Source: Sphagnum compactum (lineage: Eukaryota). From it: a stretch of DNA of 64,000 nt. The stretch covers positions 34,524,213 to 34,588,212 of the forward strand of contig OZ234493.1 of assembly GCA_965153455.1 (NCBI GenBank), written 5' to 3'. This document shows positions 48,987 to 61,741 of this stretch, one piece after another. Made by a program: the position numbers and the translations under genes. The notes beneath the pieces were generated by a model, which was not told the DNA's origin, did not search any database, and worked only from the letters and a program-made list of their open reading frames with translations. How positions within the stretch are numbered: the stretch's first letter is position 1; each line of letters starts with the position of its first letter.

Positions 48987-51900
48987 GTAAGAGTGAAAAT
49001 ACATTCACATATTGATCAATCACATATCAGTCCATTTCTTTCTCAATGTATCTTGGACCTATAGAAGCAAACGAGCTGTTTTAGTAGTAGAGCAAAGCTG
49101 TAACTCTGTGCAAAAAGGAAGGGAACCACATTAAGTGTCTACTGGATCCCGATTTATCTGTATTTGTTCATCAAGTCTATATGTTAAAGTATGATTGTTG
49201 CATGGCATTGGGGTTGTGCATGCTTTGCATTGTTACCTTATGACTCTGAGGGCTGCCCAACTTTTGTGATTCAGAAGTGATTCAAATCAGATGACATGAC
49301 ATACCTTACACATCTAAGGTGAAAGTAAAGATTGTAGTGTTTCCATTTCTGGGGGAAAAGAGAGAGAACAAACTATAGAATTTTGAAGCATGAATTTGAG
49401 AAGTTGCATCTCACAACATTGAAAGACTATATACTTGAGAGAATATTTTCTGCAATCACTGCACATGATTAGCCCTTGCAAAGCAAACTACTAGAGAAAC
49501 ACAAACCCATTTCTGCATTCAAATATTCAAATACAAATTCCAGGAGCTCATGAATCTGCACCACCAATCCAAGAAGCTCTTAGTCAGATCATTGGTCCGA
49601 ACATGCCCATCTGCCAAGTTGTAACATCTGAAATCCATAACCTAAACAGGCAGCCATGAAAACAGTAAGAATGCCCTCAGAGTTCAGAAAGGCAAGATTT
49701 AGTGAACTCGCAAGTATGAATAAATTTTCTGCCAGATTGAAAAGACACCAAGCCTAGAAGAAGCCTCTCCTGCTACCCAACACAAGATAGTGGTGGCTTG
49801 AACTCTCTGAACACAATTATTTGGTTTTGTAAAATTTCATTCCCTGTTACACATTCCAAAAGTGGCTGTTCTTGCCCCCTAATCGCCTGACTTTACCAAT
49901 AACCTGTGGTTAATTTCAATTTTGTGAGGTAAGTGGACTTGCGAGTCATCCACGAGAGGACTTTAGCCACATTTGGTTACAAGTCAGAGAGAAAAGTATA
50001 AAATTTTTGGAACCCCCTCTAAGCACTCGGCTAACCATACACACACCTGTGCATTATGCACGGGGCTCAAACAAGCTTCCCCTAAATCCGTCTGGACCGG
50101 ACGGACATTTCCTCCATCCGTCGGATCCGTCCATCCATTCGTCCCGTCATACAGCGAAGATGGCATCATACAGGGAAAAAAACCCTGGTAGAAATAAATA
50201 ACCCCCCCCCCCGCCCCCTCATGCCTGGCCCCAGGGGGGGCACCCCCAAGATTTACTGTACAAAGGACGTGATCTTTTTCTTTTCATTTTTTTTTTCGTT
50301 CTCTGTTTTCGGTGTTTTTTTTTTGGTTTATAATAATAATAATAAAATAGAAAAATGAAAAATAATCTTATATATATATAAAGTTTTAATTTTTTAATTC
50401 ATCCATCCCATCAGCGGTCTATTTAAGCCGGATGGGGTGGGTTAGGACCGGCAAAGACCCAGCAATTTTAGGTGCATGTTTGATTTATTTTAAACACACA
50501 CCTGTGCATTAGGCACGGGGCATAAACTTGCCTGGCCCTAGGGGGAGCACCCCAAGATTTACTGTACAGAAGACGGGGTGTTTTTCTTTTCATTTTTTTT
50601 TTCGTTCTCTGTTTTCGGTGTTTCTTTTTGTTTGTAACAATAATAATAAAATAGAAAAAAGAAAAATTATCTTATATATATATATACCATCAAATACACA
50701 CACCTGTGCATTATGCACGGGGCTCAAACATATATTAAAGGAACAATGAAGCTTCCCCTAAATCCGTCCGGACCGGACGGACATTTCCTCCATCCGTCCA
50801 ACCCGTCCATCCATCTGTCCCGTCATACAGGGAAGATGGCATCATACAGGGAAGAAAACCTTGGCAGAAATAAATACCCCCCCCCCCCCCCCCCCCCCCA
50901 CCCCCTCATGCCCGACCCCAAGGGGGGCACCCCCAAGATTTATTGTACAGAGGACGTGGTCTTTTTCTTTTCATTTCCTTTTTCGTTCTCTGTTTTCGGT
51001 GTTTTTTTTTTGTTTATAATAATAATAATAAAATTGAAAATTGAAAAATAATCATATATATATATAAAGTTTTAATTTTTTAATTCATCCATCCCATCAG
51101 CCGTCTATTTAAGCTGGACGGGGATGGATGTCTATTTAAGTTGGATGGGGTGGGTTAGGACCGACAAAGACCCAACAGTTTTAGGTGCATGTTTGATTTA
51201 TTTTAAACACACACCTGTGCATTAGGCACGGGGCACAAACTTGCCCGGCCCCAGGGGGGGCACCCCCAAGATTTACTGTACAGAGGACGGGGTGTTTTTC
51301 TTTTCATTTTTTTTTTGTTCTTTGTTTTCGATGTTTCTTTTTGTTTATAATAATAATAAAAAAATAAAAAAATGAAAAATTATCTTATTATATATATGTA
51401 CCGTCAAATACACACACCTGTGCATTATGCACGGGGCTCAAACTAGTACTTCTGTAATTAACATGGGATGTCTGCTAATTAGAACAATATAGGCAGCAGC
51501 TCTACACATTAGTGTTGTAAGCTATCTTACTTGGTGAGTGTAATGAATCTCCACTTAAGTTTGAGTAGGCTAACAGCACAACATCATAATTAAAAGAATT
51601 CAACAACACAATTTCCAAATAGTCTATGAGAATTTGCAACCCAGTGATCAAGAGCACCCATGACTGTCCACCCTCCCTTTTAAGGAAATAACATGACATG
51701 GAAATTGATGGTCATCCTGAATGCAGTCAATACTCACCAACATAGAGATCTTATAAATTTTTTTCTGTATTCACTTTCCTATCTTCCCTGGGGGAGATGG
51801 GTTGGTCATCTCCTGTTCTCAGGAGATTCCATGTTTCTATTGTTTCTTTGAACAGGTAACTGTTTCTTTTTGTCTTTGAAAGATGCGCGTCAGCTTGGGT

Positions 51901-54900
51901 TGGGAAAGATATAAGAGGTCCTTCAGAAAGGTAGAAAAAAAGAAAGAAGTTATAACATCTTTCTGTAAAGTGAGGTTCTCAAAGACAGTGTTGGGAGATT
52001 CTCACTTTTTGGAACCTGGAACCAGCAGCTAAGGGTAGGGTATATGAGTACCATTGATCAACAGTCGTCACAAAATCAAAGAACCAGTCCTAAGCCTTTG
52101 AGTGGCAGATCTCAAAAAACATAGAACAAGTTTTGATCCTTGACTGGGGTTCTTTGAACCAACCCTAAACCACCAGTTCTTTGCCAGTTCTTTCATGAGA
52201 ACCACTACCTCTTTGAAAAATTTGAAAGACCCAAAATGAGCGGTTCTTTTGATTCTGAAATATTAAAAAACTGGAACCAGAGGTTTTGAGATTCTAAAAA
52301 TTTCCAACAAACCAAAACCAATGGTTCTTTGATTTCTAAAATTGACAAAACCCGGAACTGGAGGTTCTTAACAAATTTATTGAAGAACTGCCCAACACTG
52401 GTTCAAACCCTCCAACCTCCACCATTCTTGGTCATTTGCCCCAGCTATGGCCTCACCTCCCTCCCCTCAAACCATGTGAGGTTCAGGTTCAGACTTGTAT
52501 TACCACATTATAATAGCAAACTTAGGTCTTAGTAGTAATTGTGTTATAAGGACTTACACAAGTGGGTTCACATGGTGAATATTGGCTTCACCAAACTATT
52601 GCAGTTATTCACAACTTTTCACACCTTTCCACTTCCCTGCTCCAGTTGTGTCCAAAAGTAAATGCACATTTCAAACACCTGCACATTTCACCCTGTTTTG
52701 TGGTAGTGCATGTTTCATGCCCATGAGACCCTAGTAGATGTAAGCACCTCATGCATGCCATTGAACTCCACCTTTTAAGACCCTCATAATTTCCATGGTA
52801 TATTCGTTAAATATTGTATCACATCAATTGACACATCTTGTTTGTATGCCACCCAACTATTCAATGATTGTAATAATTGTGATGGAGGATTAGTCTCTTA
52901 CCTCAAAAATTATCAGCTCATAGGTTTGGCAATACCAGATGTGCAGCAGCCTTCCGATTGTTTGCAACAAGATTTGAAGAGCTGCACCCAAACTACTGCA
53001 CCTACCATAGCAAGGTTGACTAATTCCCTGTTTTACAGACTGAAAAGAAACTATTTTATGGGTATATATTTAGAGACTTATAAATATATTCATGGTTTTG
53101 AGACTCTGCATATTGCTTAAGGAACAATCACTGGAGGTTGTCCGAGTTCACAGCATGATCAGGTTCTTTATGACATAGGACCAAAATATTGCTGGAGGCC
53201 ATGGGGGTGATGCCACCATACATGCATTTGTGTCATGGCTATGTGCAGGAAGAGTCAGGGGGCTCTACAACTACTTTACAGGTTTCGCAATGCCAAACGT
53301 GCCTCTGCTGCATGACTGTTGCAGGAAGATTCAAAGAACTCAACAGAGACTCCTGTGCCCACCAAACGAAGGCAGTTGTTTCACTGTTTTACACCATGCA
53401 CTGTCAAGGTTCTTTTAATTAACTACTTAGCAAAGTGTCAGCAATGTGGCTAACTCATATCTTCTGAATGTTTCTTGTTTGAGTAGGTGCAGACTTGAAG
53501 GGAAGAATTTCTGCTCAACAACTCCAGACCTTGCCATACTCACAGTATGATGAAACAAGGCGTGAAGAACCCATGCCTTGCCTGAAGAGGTATCCAACAA
53601 TAGGACTAGCAATCCCCAACATGCATCATGGCTCTCCATGTGGCTGTCTGCAAGAGAAACTAAGGCACTTCAGATGGATTCCTGCCACTGCTGAAGTAAG
53701 GTTCCACTGCCAATTACATTGCAACCTGTCTTTTGATTTCCAGCAAAGGGCCACACATGCCAGCACAACAGCAACAAATCAACTCTTTGACTTCAGGCTT
53801 CTGCAATTGAGATGCTGTAAATTGGAAGCAAAGCAGTGAACTGTTGTAACACTACCTTTTCACTCCATTGGTGCTCCTATGAGATGCATCATGAGGAACT
53901 CTCCATGGGAGACTGCATACCACAACACACTCTAATTGATTAACATAATCTATGTCTATTGTTGGATGCTCAAAAATCCCCTTTTGTGTGGTCCCTCACT
54001 GCCTCTAAGATCTCTTAGCCTGACTTTTTTGTTTCAATGATGCAGATCTGGTAATAAAAAATTACCATCAGGATGTGTTGCCTCAAGAGTACCTTCTCCT
54101 GTTGGCCAGCAAGTGTCCAGGGGCTGCAAAAGCTTGTTCACTTTCCTTGAATCAATTAAAAAACACTGTTACATATCTTGAGCTGCTGCAGTTTTCTTTT
54201 AAGCAAAGAAGACCTCCATACACTTGGAAGACACAACACATGGAGCAAAAGGAGAATGGAAGAAGGGGTTTGCTTCCAGCAACTTGGAACTCAACTTGTA
54301 AGCTCCAAGGTTTACACAGCAGAACTCAACTCGCAAATGATCCATAAACAATACCCATTAAAGTTCCTTTCAACTATTCAGTCATACCTGCCAGAAAGAA
54401 ATCTGAAACCATCAATAAACCTTCAAAATGGGCTGACATGAGCCATATGAAACAAATGGAGGAAGGGGGTATTGTGATACTTAACTAGCTAAGGCAAGAT
54501 CAGATTCTTATAAGGGAGCTGCTTCCAAAGGTCATTGGACATTTTATGTTCCAGAGGTGCATTCTTAAGTACCTAAACATGAGACTGAAAAACACTGGCC
54601 TGCTGCTAGCAATCAATAATGTGCTTTCACCTTTTGGACTAACTTTCCCTCTAAAGTCAACCTCTGGAAAGAAAAATGGCTATGTGGGCTCTCCCTACCA
54701 CATACAAGACACAAAAATTAAGGTGCTGATATTTACGCACAGCACAAACCCTAGAACTTCAACATTCTGTTTTGCCACGTAGGCAACTTAATACCCTCTG
54801 TTGTTGGAAATCCATTTCTGGAAGGACAGAACCATGAGGAAACTCTGTCATAAATTAGTTTGAGAATCTGAAAGACAAATGGAAGAAACCCCATCTGAAA

Positions 54901-56029
54901 TAAACACCATGCTTTTGAATATGCCATCAACTTTTATATGGCATCTTAGGCATATCTAGCACATACCCAGGCTTTGATTGAATGTACTTCCAGTAAAGTC
55001 TTCCTAGGATCCTTCAAAGAGTGCCTGCCATGCTTAACCCCCTGCAATTTTAGAGTCTTCACCAAGAGATAGACCTGGATAAACATTGTTGTGGCAATAT
55101 GCCACATCTGGCTTCTTAGAGATATGCGACCACAAATTCATAAGGGCCTCATGCCTGCCTCTAAACATCAAATTCCAGGAAGATCCCAAGAATTGGTTAA
55201 GCAAGAAACTATGTCTTCAATAGAAAAGCAATCCTCCCAACAACAAGAAAGAGACAGCTTGGAAGATCAAACTAGGTCCATTCAACCTTAGATTTTTTCA
55301 CTATTCACTCAATCAGCAGTTTTGATCAAGAAACAAAATCACTCTTAGAGGTGTATACATGTGCGAAAATCCTATTTGAACATACATCCTTCAAGATGTC
55401 CTCACATACACAAAAGGGTTTGCTTCTCTTGAACTCCTGAGCAGAGAAGTTCCAGCTCTGTGGTTATATGGACACAATCTAGCACCATGCATTCTGGCAT
55501 GCAGCATGGCATGGGTAAGGATAGCTCAAATAACTACAAATGCAAACCATCTGCTACTCTTCTCCTAGAAAAAAAGCTTCCAAACACCACAGGTCTATAA
55601 ACAATATAACAAAAGTATCCCGCCAAGTTTAGGGTTTAGGGTTAAGGGCACTGAATTTAATCTCACAGCTGATGGCACATTTTGTGTACTCAAACGTGTA
55701 CTTGCAACTCATCATCCTTCCTTTCAGGCATGCAAGTTAGGGAAGAAGCAAGCACACTTCTTGAGAAACACACACACAGGGTTTCCAATTCTGGTTCAGA
55801 TTCCAGACACAAATGGAAACAGGATTCCAGTTACTGGTCTGGTTCTTCAAAACTATAGAATTCTGCTTTTGGAACCAGTTCCAAAAATCAGACCAGATTC
55901 CAGTTTGATCTTCACTAACCAGAACCATAAATGGCAAATTTGCAGCATTGTTTTTGAGAGTCAATGGCATTACTTTTGAATTAATGTTCCAAGTTAATAA
56001 TGAATAGGTGTCATATGCAGGGCAGGGTT

Positions 56030-56440
56030 TCTTTTTTCAATTTTGTGATGTAGCGGAGGTGGCTATCATCTCCAAAGTGATTTAGCCAAATTTGGTCACA
56101 TGGACTAATATGGAAGTAGGAAAAATTCAAAATCTTTCTATATTTTGGGCTACTGACTGGAACTAATAACAAAAATCTGGCCATTGATAGAACTTTTTCT
56201 TCGAAATCTGGCGAATTTGGGCCATTTTTTTCATGGAAAATCCTTCCTTTAGGTCGAAATCATATTTTTCAGGTAGGGATTTGCCAAAAATTCGCCAGTA
56301 AAAGAAACGCCGATGTTGTGATGTAGACATAGTAACAACCATTCACGAGGGGAATGAACAATGAACCAAATTTGGTTGCAGGTCAGAGAGGAAAGTAGAA
56401 AGACCTTTTCAGAATCGTTCTATATTTTAGTGACTTCCTA
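56030..56440. repeat. Dispersed short repeat family (core TTAGCCAAATTTGG.TACA.GTCAGAGAG.AAA)
   Basis: Related cores occur at ~24138, ~49962, ~56081 and ~56365. Confidence 0.6.
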
Positions 56441-56611
56441 TTGTCTAAATATGACAAATTCAGAATTGTTTCCCCCCTAAATGTGATGATTTTCTCAAAA
56501 ACATCCTTTGCACCCTAGGATGTGAGAGATTCAGCTCACTAAATTTTTTTGGATATTTCTGTGCTAAATTTCACCCAAAAGAAAACACTAGTTATATGTA
56601 TCATATATTAG

Positions 56612-56851
56612 ATATACGAGATTCTCAGTACCCGGTCCAGACCTCGAGACGGATCTGAAACGAGGTTCCCAAAAAAAAAACCCGTCGTTGGGGACTTGAA
56701 ACGAGGTCCTCAGAGAGAAAATCCGTCGTTAGGGTCTTGAAACGAGGTTCTCAGAAAGGCCAAAAAAACAGTGGCCAGGGCAGCTGCTGCGGGGGGCCGG
56801 GCAAGGTGCCACGGGTGACAGGAGTGGCGTAGCCACGGGTCACAACACTTG
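56612..56851 (+). mobile_element. Short Helitron-like fragment related to 58171-58948
   Basis: Ends GGAGTGGCGTAGCCACGGGT...CTTGT, the same subterminal hairpin as the minus-strand element. Internal TGAAACGAGG repeats. Confidence 0.5.
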
Positions 56852-57654
56852 TTAGATATATTAGATGGCATAGTTGCATCCACTAACCAATATGTTGAAC
56901 CTTTAAATGTGTTAATCTCTCACATTCAATTAAATGTTTTTGAAATAATGTTAGCCTGACTAATACATAGAATAAACCAGCCTATCATCGATCACTTGCC
57001 TATGACCGAACATTTATTTATATCTTCATCATATGTGCTTCATTTTGAATGATTTAAAATGTTATTGGAGCGTTACCTCAAACTTTTAAAATAATCTTTG
57101 AAATGCAAAGGAAAATGAGTAATGAATAAAAATAACAAGAAGAAAAATAAGCTTTCCACTTTACAAAATGTGTTTTTTCTTTTCTTTTCTTTTTGAACCT
57201 CTCCTGATTCCAAACCTCATAATTTTTAATTTTTTATTCATTTAAAACAATTTAAAGTGCTAGCGAAGCACCACCTGAAATTCTACAAAGCATATTTGAA
57301 CTCTAATAACAACAAAGCAACATACAAGGAATTTGTTTGGTTGTTCAAAACTCGACCTTTGTAACATTCGGTGGTTTGATTTTTTTGAGTTTTTGACCAG
57401 CTCTACTTTGAGGGCTCGTAACTTTATCAATTTTATTACGTTTTTGATGATTTTTAATGCATCATACATGTCAAGAGGAGGGGTTTAAGTTTTGTTTGGA
57501 CACAAGAAAGAATGGAACCCTCCCCTTGGATCCGGCTTGCCTTGAGTGTTTAAATGTTTGATCACCAATTGGTTTACCTATCGTGTCCTTTTCTTTTTTG
57601 TGATTGAAAAAGGCACTCAAACATACTGATGCTATAATGGAAAACAACCAATCA

Positions 57655-58090
57655 TCTATCTATGAAGCAAGGTAGTTTATTTGTTTTGTTTGTACTTATG
57701 AAATCTACCAAACCAAAATGCTTCAAATTGTGTTCTTGGTCTCTTTGGAAAGCTCTTGAGGAGAAGGGGTGCATAGGCTTGGTTTAATGGCGTTTGGACT
57801 TGCGATGTAGAAGGTCTTGAATATTGAATGATTTCTTCACTGAAAATTAAACTGAAATGTAGCTGAAAATATTGGAGGAATTGGAATGTGCCTTTGGTGT
57901 TGTTGGAAAGATCTTGATGAGCAGGATTTAATGGAATTTATTTGATAATATTTGGATTTAGAAACTGGGAAATATTGATTTTTAAGTGATTCTGCCGCTG
58001 AAAATTCAAATAAATTCTAAAAAACCAGGTTTTGGAAGGAAAAATCAATTGAGGACATGGCAACACTTGGGCCAATGGCACTTGTGTACA
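57655..58090 (+). mobile_element. Probable non-autonomous Helitron-like repeat remnant
   Basis: A|TCTATCTATGAAGCAAGG start and a degenerate GGCCAATGGC hairpin near the end; no clean CTRR. Confidence 0.35.
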
Positions 58091-58170
58091 ATTGATATAA
58101 AGTAGCACATCAATCATATCAAACATCACAAAGTGAGTAGTTATTTGCATTATGTCATGTTTATTTTGTA

Positions 58171-58948
58171 CTAGTAGGTAACCCGTGACTACGCCACTCC
58201 AGCCACGTTTGCCACGTATTGGAGGCTTGAGGCGCCCCTGCAGGTCCTGTGCGCGCTGCCCAGGCCGGTTTGGCCCGCCCATCGTGCCCTGTGCACCTCC
58301 GTCTGGCCCGTTGAGCGCACCGTTTGGCCCCAAATTGCATCACGCATCCACATTGGATGTATAAAAGGTCGTGGCACCTCGCCCGGCGCCCCGCAGCGGC
58401 TGCCCTGGCCGCAATCCGTGAATGTCTGTGACGAACACATAGACAGACAGACAGATGGCGGCTCTCGTCGTTCTCCCTGCCATGCCCTCCTCCTCTTCCT
58501 TTCTTCCCTTCTTTTTTCACGTCCCAAATCAAGGTCTTGATATTTTCGAGACCTGAAATCCCCTACTTCATAATCTCCGTGTCCCTAACACAGATCCCTC
58601 GTTTCTTGAGACCTGGATTTTGTCATCTGTTGCCATTGCTTTTTCTTCTAGTTCCAAACCCCAGGTCTCGATATTTTCGAGACCTGAAATCTCCTCGTCA
58701 TGTGACGATAGATTGACCTCCATGTCCCTAACACAGACAGACCCCTCATTTCTTGAGACCTGAAATCTCCTCCTCTGCTGCCATTGCAAATTTTCAGGTT
58801 TTGATACCTTCGAGACCAAATCCAGGTCTCCTCATCATCTGACGATACCTCCTGTCTCCATGTCCCTAAACAGACAGACCCCTCATTTCTTGAGACCTGA
58901 AACGAACACACAGACAGACAGACACCACGTTTGCTTTAATATATTAGA
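58171..58948 (-). mobile_element. Non-autonomous Helitron of a second family (778 bp)
   Basis: Minus strand A|TCTAATATATTAAAGC... ends GTGGCGTAGTCACGGGTTACCTACTAG|T. Internal GAGACCTGAAA repeats at 58535-58900. Confidence 0.8.
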
Positions 58949-59861
58949 TGGTTGTTCCACTAAAACTCAACATTATTTATTAGAACATTTTATGACTATG
59001 TTCTAATTTTAATCATGTGTGTGCCATTTTGTGCATAATTAGCTTCTTTTTAGTTATATTGGGACTACATGGTGGAAATCAAAATTAATTTTTAAAATCA
59101 ATTGTTTTATGGAAATTAATGATAGACTACATAGCATTTGTGGAGAGGGTGCCTACTAATGCAGTGGCTCAGCAATTACTGGGGACAAGCTACCCATTGA
59201 TAGCCCTCCTCTTCATAAATGCTATCTAGTGTGGCCAATAACTTTAGTGTGTATGGATGAAGAATTTCATAATCTTCTTATTATTGGATGAAAATTTCCA
59301 TAGCCTTCTTGTAGTTGGACGAAAAAAGAGAGGGAGAAGTTCTACATCGCCAGAGACAAGAGAGGGCCAAGCAGAAGCTTGAAAATGTCTAAACAGAAGT
59401 TATGTGTATGAGGTTGCAGGCTACTGCAGCTGGACTGTCGTGCTCTTGACAAATCAAAACTTGACACCTCAAGAATCTACTTCCAAGAATTGCTTACGTT
59501 TTCAAACTTAACAGGATTAGGGTAGAGCGGCCCATCATCAATCACCTGCCTACGACCGAACATTTATTTATATCTTCATCACATGTGCTTCATTTTGAGT
59601 GATTTAATCCCGTAAGCTATTATACTCTACAATGAATCTAAACACAATATCCTTGCAGTGCTAGGCAGGGCCAACAAACAAAACACCTATCTTAATATAT
59701 AAGACTCCAATGACCATGTTACACAGTTCCATGCATGTTCCCCAAATATCCTAAATGTTCCAAAAGTCCGAATTGTTCTAAAACGTTGTGAGCTAAAACA
59801 TCTACAACAGCTTGCTCAACGGAGCGCGAGCTAAGGAAGGCAGTGACGAGTGCCTGCGGCG

Positions 59862-61741
59862 ATGGCGGAGCAAGAGGATGTCAACGCTAGAGCTCCGGAC
59901 GGTGTAGAAGGAGACGGCAAGACGGCGATGGCGGAGCAAGAGGATGCCAACGCTAGAGCTCTGGACGGTGTAGAAGGAGACGGCAAGACGGCGATCTTGG
60001 ACGATGCCTGGGTGCCTTCCGATAGCTTCGTGCACGAGCCTCCAGTGTTGAAAGTGATGCAGCCCAAGGGCACCTTCTGTGAGATTCAGACGCGATTTTC
60101 TGTTGCCTTGGAGCCGGACGCAGTGTACAATATCATCACGGACCCTAACAATAGACGCGTCTTCAAAAACATCAAGGTAGATTGTAGTAGTATATATAAG
60201 GCTGCTCCCTGCGACTCCCCCCCGACCCCAAACCCTACGGCCTGAACCTCTGCCGTTGCCTGTTTGGAATTGAATAGTCTTTCTTGAAATCTTTTTTCTT
60301 TATCAAGTGCCTTTTGCCTCCCAGTGCCTTTAACAAAGAAATTTTTCATGTTTTGTAAGAGTCGTTTTGTTCCTTTCTTTGCACTTTTTTTTGTTGGGGA
60401 TATGGCCTGGTAAAAGCGATTCGGAACATCTGCACAAACGTTACAGAAAGTGTCCTGTGAAGGCCCTCCTGCAACCCTAATTCCATATATATCTTCTCAA
60501 CGAAGATCTTTCTGCAATGAGTGAAAATAGGTACATGAACAAAGGAAGTTCTATTGTCAATCTGTTCATCTCTGGCACTTGAATTGTGATGTTACAGAAA
60601 TCAATGGCAGACTAAATTGGACATGAATCAAATAATAGCCTGATTGTGAGACCCATTCACTGTGTTTTCTCAGTTGTTGTCCAACTGTCAGGAACTGATG
60701 AAGTGAGTGTAGAATGATGGCGTCTTTGTACTGCCTTACATGATGAGGAAGGTAAAGGTTTGATGCTTTGTGAGCAACATTCACAAATGTAAGACTGCAC
60801 GCATGTCTGTAGGTTCAGTACTAGCTGGACCAATACAGTATTACTAAGTTCTTTAACCTCTTTTTGAGAGTTATCATTGCAAATGACACAGATACTGATG
60901 TAGGTTTGACCAGATAGTTTTCCCAATGTCAGTTAGGACCTGACACTTTTCTGCTTACCAACTGAAAAATTGTATCTATTGTTTCTACATCACTACTTAA
61001 GTGCTTGGGTGAGAGGAGTATTAGATGTTACTGGATTTGCAGCTGGAGCCTCATATGACGTTCTGCGCAAAGCTCATTACCTAGTTTGCCACAAACCCTA
61101 AATGTTTTCCAGTTATAACTGTTTTTGTACTCTTTATGCAGGAGGTCTGCTACCGAAAAGTGTTAGAGGATGATGGCAATCGGCAGTTAGTTGAGGTGGA
61201 GCAGCTAGGGCGGTGGCGCTTCCTCATGATCTCTGGCACTTTCTCCAGCCGTGTTATGGTTGAGCAAAACCGTCAAGAGCACCAGGTACATGCTTCTCTT
61301 GTGCATGCAAATGATACATGATATTGTTTGTAGGTTTGCTTTGATTTGTCCCAGATCCTATGACCATGTCCCTATGTGATTGGTCACAGTACCATGCAGC
61401 AGATGCATCACTGTTGTTGGATTTCTTATGTTTGCATCATTCTGCTACAGATGCTATTCAACCTTGTGAAGCAAGGAATGATGCGAAAATTTTCTGGGTC
61501 CTGGAAGATTGAGTCAATGTATGCCAGCGAGTGGAACTCACAAGGAGTAGATTCAGAATCAGAGGTTGTAGGCTCATGGGTAAATTTCCATCAGCTTTTG
61601 GAACCTGCCATGGTACCCCCATGGCCACTCAGTATGTATGTCCGGGGTGTCTCAGAGAGAATTATTCGAGAGATGTGTTCAGACTTACAGATTGAATGCT
61701 TGCGTCTCTCACAGCTGAACAGCTCTAGAAGTCAGCAGTAA
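59862..61741 (+). CDS. START/polyketide cyclase-dehydrase-like (DUF220-type) protein, 3 exons, ~249 aa
   Basis: Exons 59862-60176, 61142-61285 and 61451-61741, all GT-AG and phase 0, 750 nt. Motifs [63 protein letters not shown]. Confidence 0.88.

Larger units (their letters stand above)
33447..51446 (+). mobile_element. Composite head-to-tail Helitron array (at least 3 units: 33447-36995, 36996-45525, 45526-51446)
   Basis: 5' A|TCTATAGTAAAGG at 33447. 3' hairpin CCTGTGCATTATGCACGGG + CTAG|T at 51446. Internal CTAG|TC (36995/6) and TTAG|TC (45525/6) junctions. RepHel lies in unit 2. Confidence 0.9.

Noticed and set aside
52800-55500. Cluster of short + strand ORFs suggesting a gene or the missing UMAMIT exons 5-7
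   Set aside because: No match to UMAMIT exons, and no consistent exon chain or recognisable domain.
55628-55648. Interstitial telomeric repeat TTTAGGGTTTAGGGTTAAGGG
   Set aside because: Only three units; such telo-box-sized tracts are common in plant genomes.
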